This document shows positions 60,080 to 64,000 of a DNA stretch of 64,000 nt, piece by piece. The notes beneath the pieces are model-generated. The model was not told the origin of the DNA. It ran no database searches and saw nothing but the letters and a program-made list of their open reading frames with translations. The DNA is taken from contig CBDAOB010000005.1 in the NCBI GenBank assembly GCA_965197905.1, positions 992,001 through 1,056,000 of the forward strand, read 5' to 3'. Position 1 is the stretch's first letter. Each line of letters opens with the position of its first letter. The position numbers and the translations under genes are program-made. The stretch comes from Candidatus Latescibacterota bacterium (GTDB taxonomy: Bacteria; Latescibacterota; UBA2968; UBA8231).

Positions 60080-61546
60080 TCAGATGTCGTCAAGGGGATA
60101 GACCTTGCGGCCCAGGTTTTGAAACTGAATCGGACCGGTCGTAGGATTCTGCGCGCTGGGTTCTGTAACATTGTAGATGGCGCCGGCAAAAGGTTCGAAG
60201 TGGGCGCGGTAATGGTTGGCGGATTTTATGCCTATGTACCGCATTTCTTGGGGAAGGAGCTTCAACGAGCGGGCAACGGCGGAGTCGAAAGGTTGTTCGC
60301 GGATACTTACCAGAAGGACGTGGATCCCATCCTCCACGATGTGCGCCGACGGACCCAGATTGCCCTCTAGACCGGCGTTGCGCGGGCCATCGTATTTGAA
60401 GCGGCCATCCGACACGGCGACCACTTCGGCGTGCATTCGAACCGGCTTTCCCTGCATGGGAGAAGATTTGCCACCCACATCAAGCTCGAGGCGCGCTCCA
60501 GGCCCGGCGCTGTGGCACTGCGCGACGGATTCGCGATCGACGATGTTCAGGATACAGGCCTCCTTGAGCCCGAAGTCGATGAACGCCTGCAGCACCGCGG
60601 TACTGTCTCCCGGGGAACCCCCGCCGGTATTGTCGTAGCGATCGGAGAAGATCACCGGAAACGGTCCCTTGCCGTCAAGCTTTTCGAGAACCTCGCGGGT
60701 GTCAGTTTGGGGTTCGTGCCAGCCGGCGCGGCGCTCGAAGATCCACGCCCCCAACTCGTCTGCATGCTGCTGCGCCAGTTCCAGGTCGTTCTCGGTGGCC
60801 ACATACACCGAAGCCCCCATACATGGTACGTCCGCCAGCGGAAAGGAGGCCGATAGCGAGGCGCAGACGACGCCCGGCGAGCCCTCGATGCGATAGAGGC
60901 GGTCGATCACTTCCTTCATTGGCTGGTGCGCCGTGACCTGCTTCGCACCCCAGATCATCGGCAGGGGACACAGGGCCATGGTCGGGCGCAGCCCTTCGTT
61001 TACCATACGCATGAGTACGTCAGCGCATTGTCGAGCCCGCTCGGCTTGATCGATCTCGGGAAAGGTCTTGCGACCGATCAGGACGTCCGCCATCTCCACC
61101 ATTTGCTGCGAGACGTTGGCGTGTATATCAAGCTCTGCCAGAATGGGCACGTCCGGACCCACCAACTCGCGAACCGCGGCGAGCATATGACCTTCGCCGT
61201 CGTCGATTCCCTCCGCCACCATGGCACCGTGAAGCTCCAACAGCACGCCATCCACTTTGCCGGCAGCGGCCATGCGTTCCAGTATATCGTTCAAGATCGT
61301 ATCGAAGATTTCCCGCGGGGTTGGGCCACTGGGGTAGGCGTGGGCGCAGACCGTGGGAATCAGTTCGAATCCATGGGTTTTGGCCCCATCCAGATATCCT
61401 CCGATGATCGAATTGGAGCCGCGGAATTTGTCGAAAATCTCCTCTCCGGTGAGATACCCCACACGCTCCCGGTAGCTCTCCCAGGTGGTGGCCACCGGTG
61501 TGAAGGTGCTCGTTTCGTGGGCGAAGGTTGCGGAGAGAACGCGCAT
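60080..61546 (-). CDS. M81 family metallopeptidase (MlrC-like)
   Basis: HETSTF, LHGAM, LDIHAN, DNTGGGSPGDST, IKSANHYRA. Confidence 0.9.
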   Translation of the reverse strand: MRVLSATFAHETSTFTPVATTWESYRERVGYLTGEEIFDKFRGSNSIIGGYLDGAKTHGFELIPTVCAHAYPSGPTPREIFDTILNDILERMAAAGKVDGVLLELHGAMVAEGIDDGEGHMLAAVRELVGPDVPILAELDIHANVSQQMVEMADVLIGRKTFPEIDQAERARQCADVLMRMVNEGLRPTMALCPLPMIWGAKQVTAHQPMKEVIDRLYRIEGSPGVVCASLSASFPLADVPCMGASVYVATENDLELAQQHADELGAWIFERRAGWHEPQTDTREVLEKLDGKGPFPVIFSDRYDNTGGGSPGDSTAVLQAFIDFGLKEACILNIVDRESVAQCHSAGPGARLELDVGGKSSPMQGKPVRMHAEVVAVSDGRFKYDGPRNAGLEGNLGPSAHIVEDGIHVLLVSIREQPFDSAVARSLKLLPQEMRYIGIKSANHYRAHFEPFAGAIYNVTEPSAQNPTTGPIQFQNLGRKVYPLDDI

Positions 61547-61660
61547 TGTTGCTCCTCCAGCAAGGTTTGTGCAGACTATCGATGCTTGGCCCGCGGGGCT
61601 GCAGCGGAGAATCCACTCTAACGATTTCGGAACTCAGAAACAAGCGCCAGGAGAAAGCAG

Positions 61661-62611
61661 ATGTCTCGACTACGCGTCGCCGAAGTAGGGATCCGCGGTA
61701 AAGGGGGGCAGCATATGGAAATCCTGAGCGGCTTCGAGGAAGTGGAATTGGTCGCGGTCTGCGATACGGTGCCGGAGATTCTCGAATCCGTCGGCGACAA
61801 GTTCGGCATCAGTCGCCGATATTCCTCAGTAGATCAGCTGCTGGACGGCGAAGAGCTGGATGCGGTTTTCATCGCCACCCCGCCGGAATTCAATGCGCCG
61901 GTGGCCCTCCCTTGCCTGGAACATGGAGTCAATACCTTTCTAGAGAAACCACCGGGCATGACCGCTGCCGAGGCAAAGGCACTCGTCGTGGCCGCCGAGA
62001 AATCAGGTGCTAAAGGCATGGTGGGGCTGAATCGACGTTTTCATCCCATGCTCAACCAGGCTCTGGAGATGGTGGAAGAACGGGGGCCGGTAGTACAGCT
62101 GGTGGGCGAATTTCACAAACCCATGTCGGTACTCGCCAAGATGAGCCGGTTCGCACCCGAGGTCATGGACAACTGGCTGGTGGCGAACGATATCCACGTC
62201 GTCGACATGGTGCGCAGAATGGCCGGCGCCGAGGTCCGCGAGGTTCACAGCTTTGCTCGCCGCGCCGTTTCCGAGTACCGCGATGTGCACGCCGCGCTGG
62301 TGGTGTTTGAAAACGACTGCGTCGCCAGCTACAGCTTCAACTATACTACGGCGGCGAGGCTCGAGCGCTACGAGATCCACGGCAACAACGTCTCGGCTTA
62401 CCTGGAGGGTGTCCGCGAGGGTTTTGTGCTGCGCGACGATGAACGCATCGAGCTGCCGTTTCCAGAGACCAGCGGCACCGAGGAGGAGATTCGGTATTTC
62501 ATCGACTGCCTGCTCGAGGACAGGCCGGTAACGGCCCCGGCCCCCACCCTGGAAGAAGGATTCAAGAGCGTGCAACTCGTGGAGGCAATTCGTGCCGGCC
62601 TGAAGGACTAG
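61661..62611 (+). CDS. Gfo/Idh/MocA family oxidoreductase
   Basis: FLEKPPG, VGLNRRFHP, DIHVVD; AGGAG RBS. Confidence 0.9.
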   Translation: MSRLRVAEVGIRGKGGQHMEILSGFEEVELVAVCDTVPEILESVGDKFGISRRYSSVDQLLDGEELDAVFIATPPEFNAPVALPCLEHGVNTFLEKPPGMTAAEAKALVVAAEKSGAKGMVGLNRRFHPMLNQALEMVEERGPVVQLVGEFHKPMSVLAKMSRFAPEVMDNWLVANDIHVVDMVRRMAGAEVREVHSFARRAVSEYRDVHAALVVFENDCVASYSFNYTTAARLERYEIHGNNVSAYLEGVREGFVLRDDERIELPFPETSGTEEEIRYFIDCLLEDRPVTAPAPTLEEGFKSVQLVEAIRAGLKD

Positions 62612-62775
62612 GAGCGTGTCAAAGCGAATACCCAGGCACGCTCCCAGGCAGATGAAGGCGGCGATTTCTCAACCTGGGCTGATCTGCGCCGATAGTAGAA
62701 GGAGAAGCCTTATTCCGTTTTTTTCTCGAACGAAGGATCCCGCCCATCGTCCAGTCCGCTCGACTTCTTTTCCTG

Positions 62776-63189
62776 ATGATAGCTTTGCACGGAAGCTCGG
62801 CCATAGTACAGGCCGATACCCATTCCACAGCTACAGTCGACACCGATATGAGTGGGCGCCAGGTGTCCGAGTGGGAGCTGGGGACGATTACCAAGAAGAT
62901 CCGCGCGTTTGAGGCGATCCAGACGGAGGATCTGTTACCCCCTCAAGTGAGCCAGATGGGGCGGATTTTCGCCGTACGACCCGCCGCCATCGAGAGGTTT
63001 CTCTGGGGATTCTCGATGGCGCCGCCGACGCACCGCCTCGCTGGAACCCGCTGGTACACCGTCTGGTACACGGACGCGGAGATCAGGCACTCGGTGACGC
63101 TTCGTATGGATGGCGAACGCCGCATCATCGAGCGGGTGCGCCGACAGCAATCCGCAGCACCGAATCGAACCGTCGCCTACGAAGACTAG
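62776..63189 (+). CDS. Hypothetical protein (start uncertain)
   Basis: Only protein-like ORF in the gap; no recognisable motif. Confidence 0.35.
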   Translation: MIALHGSSAIVQADTHSTATVDTDMSGRQVSEWELGTITKKIRAFEAIQTEDLLPPQVSQMGRIFAVRPAAIERFLWGFSMAPPTHRLAGTRWYTVWYTDAEIRHSVTLRMDGERRIIERVRRQQSAAPNRTVAYED

Positions 63190-63325
63190 CTTCGCGACCC
63201 TCCGCGGGCCGCGCGGACAAGGCTCCTCTCTCTAGTCACTTCAGTTGACCCCATAGACACATTCCGTTTTCTTCCTTCACTCGCAAAAAGAAAAAGGCGG
63301 GTCGTTTTTATAGGGGAAGAACGGT

Positions 63326-64000
63326 GTGACCGCAGCATACTACACTGGACCGGGACAGCTCGAATTCCGGCCGTGCGAGCCGCGGCAGCCGGCATCGTCC
63401 GAGGTTTGCATCGACGTCGCGTACGCCGGCGTCTGTGGCTCGGATCTCTCGATCTACCGCGGACATCGAGACGAACGCATGTCTTTGCCGACGATCATCG
63501 GCCACGAGATGTCCGGAACGGTTGCGGAGGTCGGGGACGAGGCCGGCGAGTGGCAACCCGGCGACCGGGTCGTGGTGTTGCCGTTCGAGACCTGCGGCAG
63601 TTGTCGCGCCTGCCAACAGGGTCTTTCTCACATCTGCTACAACATGGACTTCTTCGGCGTCGAGAGTGCCGGGGCCTTCCAGGACTCATGGACGGTGCCG
63701 GCCCATACGCTCCATCGTCTGCCGAGAGGGATGCCCCTGGAGCATGCCGCCCTCGTCGAACCGGTTTCGGTGGCTATGCACGCGGTGCGTACGTCTGCCC
63801 TCAAGGAAGGGGACTTCACCGTCGTACTGGGTGGCGGACCGATTGGGCTGCTGACCGCATTGGTGGCAAAATTCCGCGGAGGCAGCGTGCTGTTGTCGGA
63901 GCCGAATCCGTTTCGCCTCGACTTTGCCCGCGCCTTGGGTTTTGATGTGGTCGACCCCACCGTGGACGATCTGCAGGAAGCGGTGCGGGAGGCCACCGAT
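63326..64000 (+). CDS. Zinc-binding alcohol dehydrogenase (MDR), truncated by the window end; absent from the ORF track
   Basis: Manual translation from GTG 63326: GVCGSD, GHEMSG, CGSCRACQQGLSHIC, LVEP, VLGGGPIG; open to 64000. Confidence 0.9.
   Translation, partial: MTAAYYTGPGQLEFRPCEPRQPASSEVCIDVAYAGVCGSDLSIYRGHRDERMSLPTIIGHEMSGTVAEVGDEAGEWQPGDRVVVLPFETCGSCRACQQGLSHICYNMDFFGVESAGAFQDSWTVPAHTLHRLPRGMPLEHAALVEPVSVAMHAVRTSALKEGDFTVVLGGGPIGLLTALVAKFRGGSVLLSEPNPFRLDFARALGFDVVDPTVDDLQEAVREATD

Noticed and set aside
63255..63310. Intrinsic terminator before the alcohol dehydrogenase
   Set aside because: The inverted repeat is weak, AT-rich and imperfect.

Overview
GC-rich bacterial window dominated by small-molecule catabolic genes: SDRs, Gfo/Idh/MocA oxidoreductases, amidohydrolases, nitrilase-family enzymes, three phytanoyl-CoA dioxygenase (PhyH)-family genes, two MlrC/M81 peptidases, an enolase-superfamily enzyme, an acetoin-dehydrogenase-like E1 pair and three uncharacterised beta-propeller hydrolase-like paralogues. 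The gene content suggests an FCB-group (Latescibacterota/KSB1-like) or Poribacteria-like organism; this is inference only. Notable features: (i) a membrane class III adenylate cyclase whose periplasmic region has three tandem CxxCH heme-c modules; (ii) a TonB-dependent receptor / T9SS-CTD protein / PorV-family operon with a divergent lipoprotein; (iii) a holin + SH3b-M15 peptidase pair with no phage genes nearby; (iv) a 2TM protein + stand-alone prokaryotic YEATS gene pair; (v) a decayed integrative region (about 17.8-26.7 kb) with two homologous tyrosine-integrase remnants and a duplicated 5' end/promoter of a PhyH gene. Many genes carry lesions (single-base indels, short tandem duplications, one in-frame amber). 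No rRNA, tRNA or CRISPR array was recognised. All family calls come from motif recognition by eye, not database searches.
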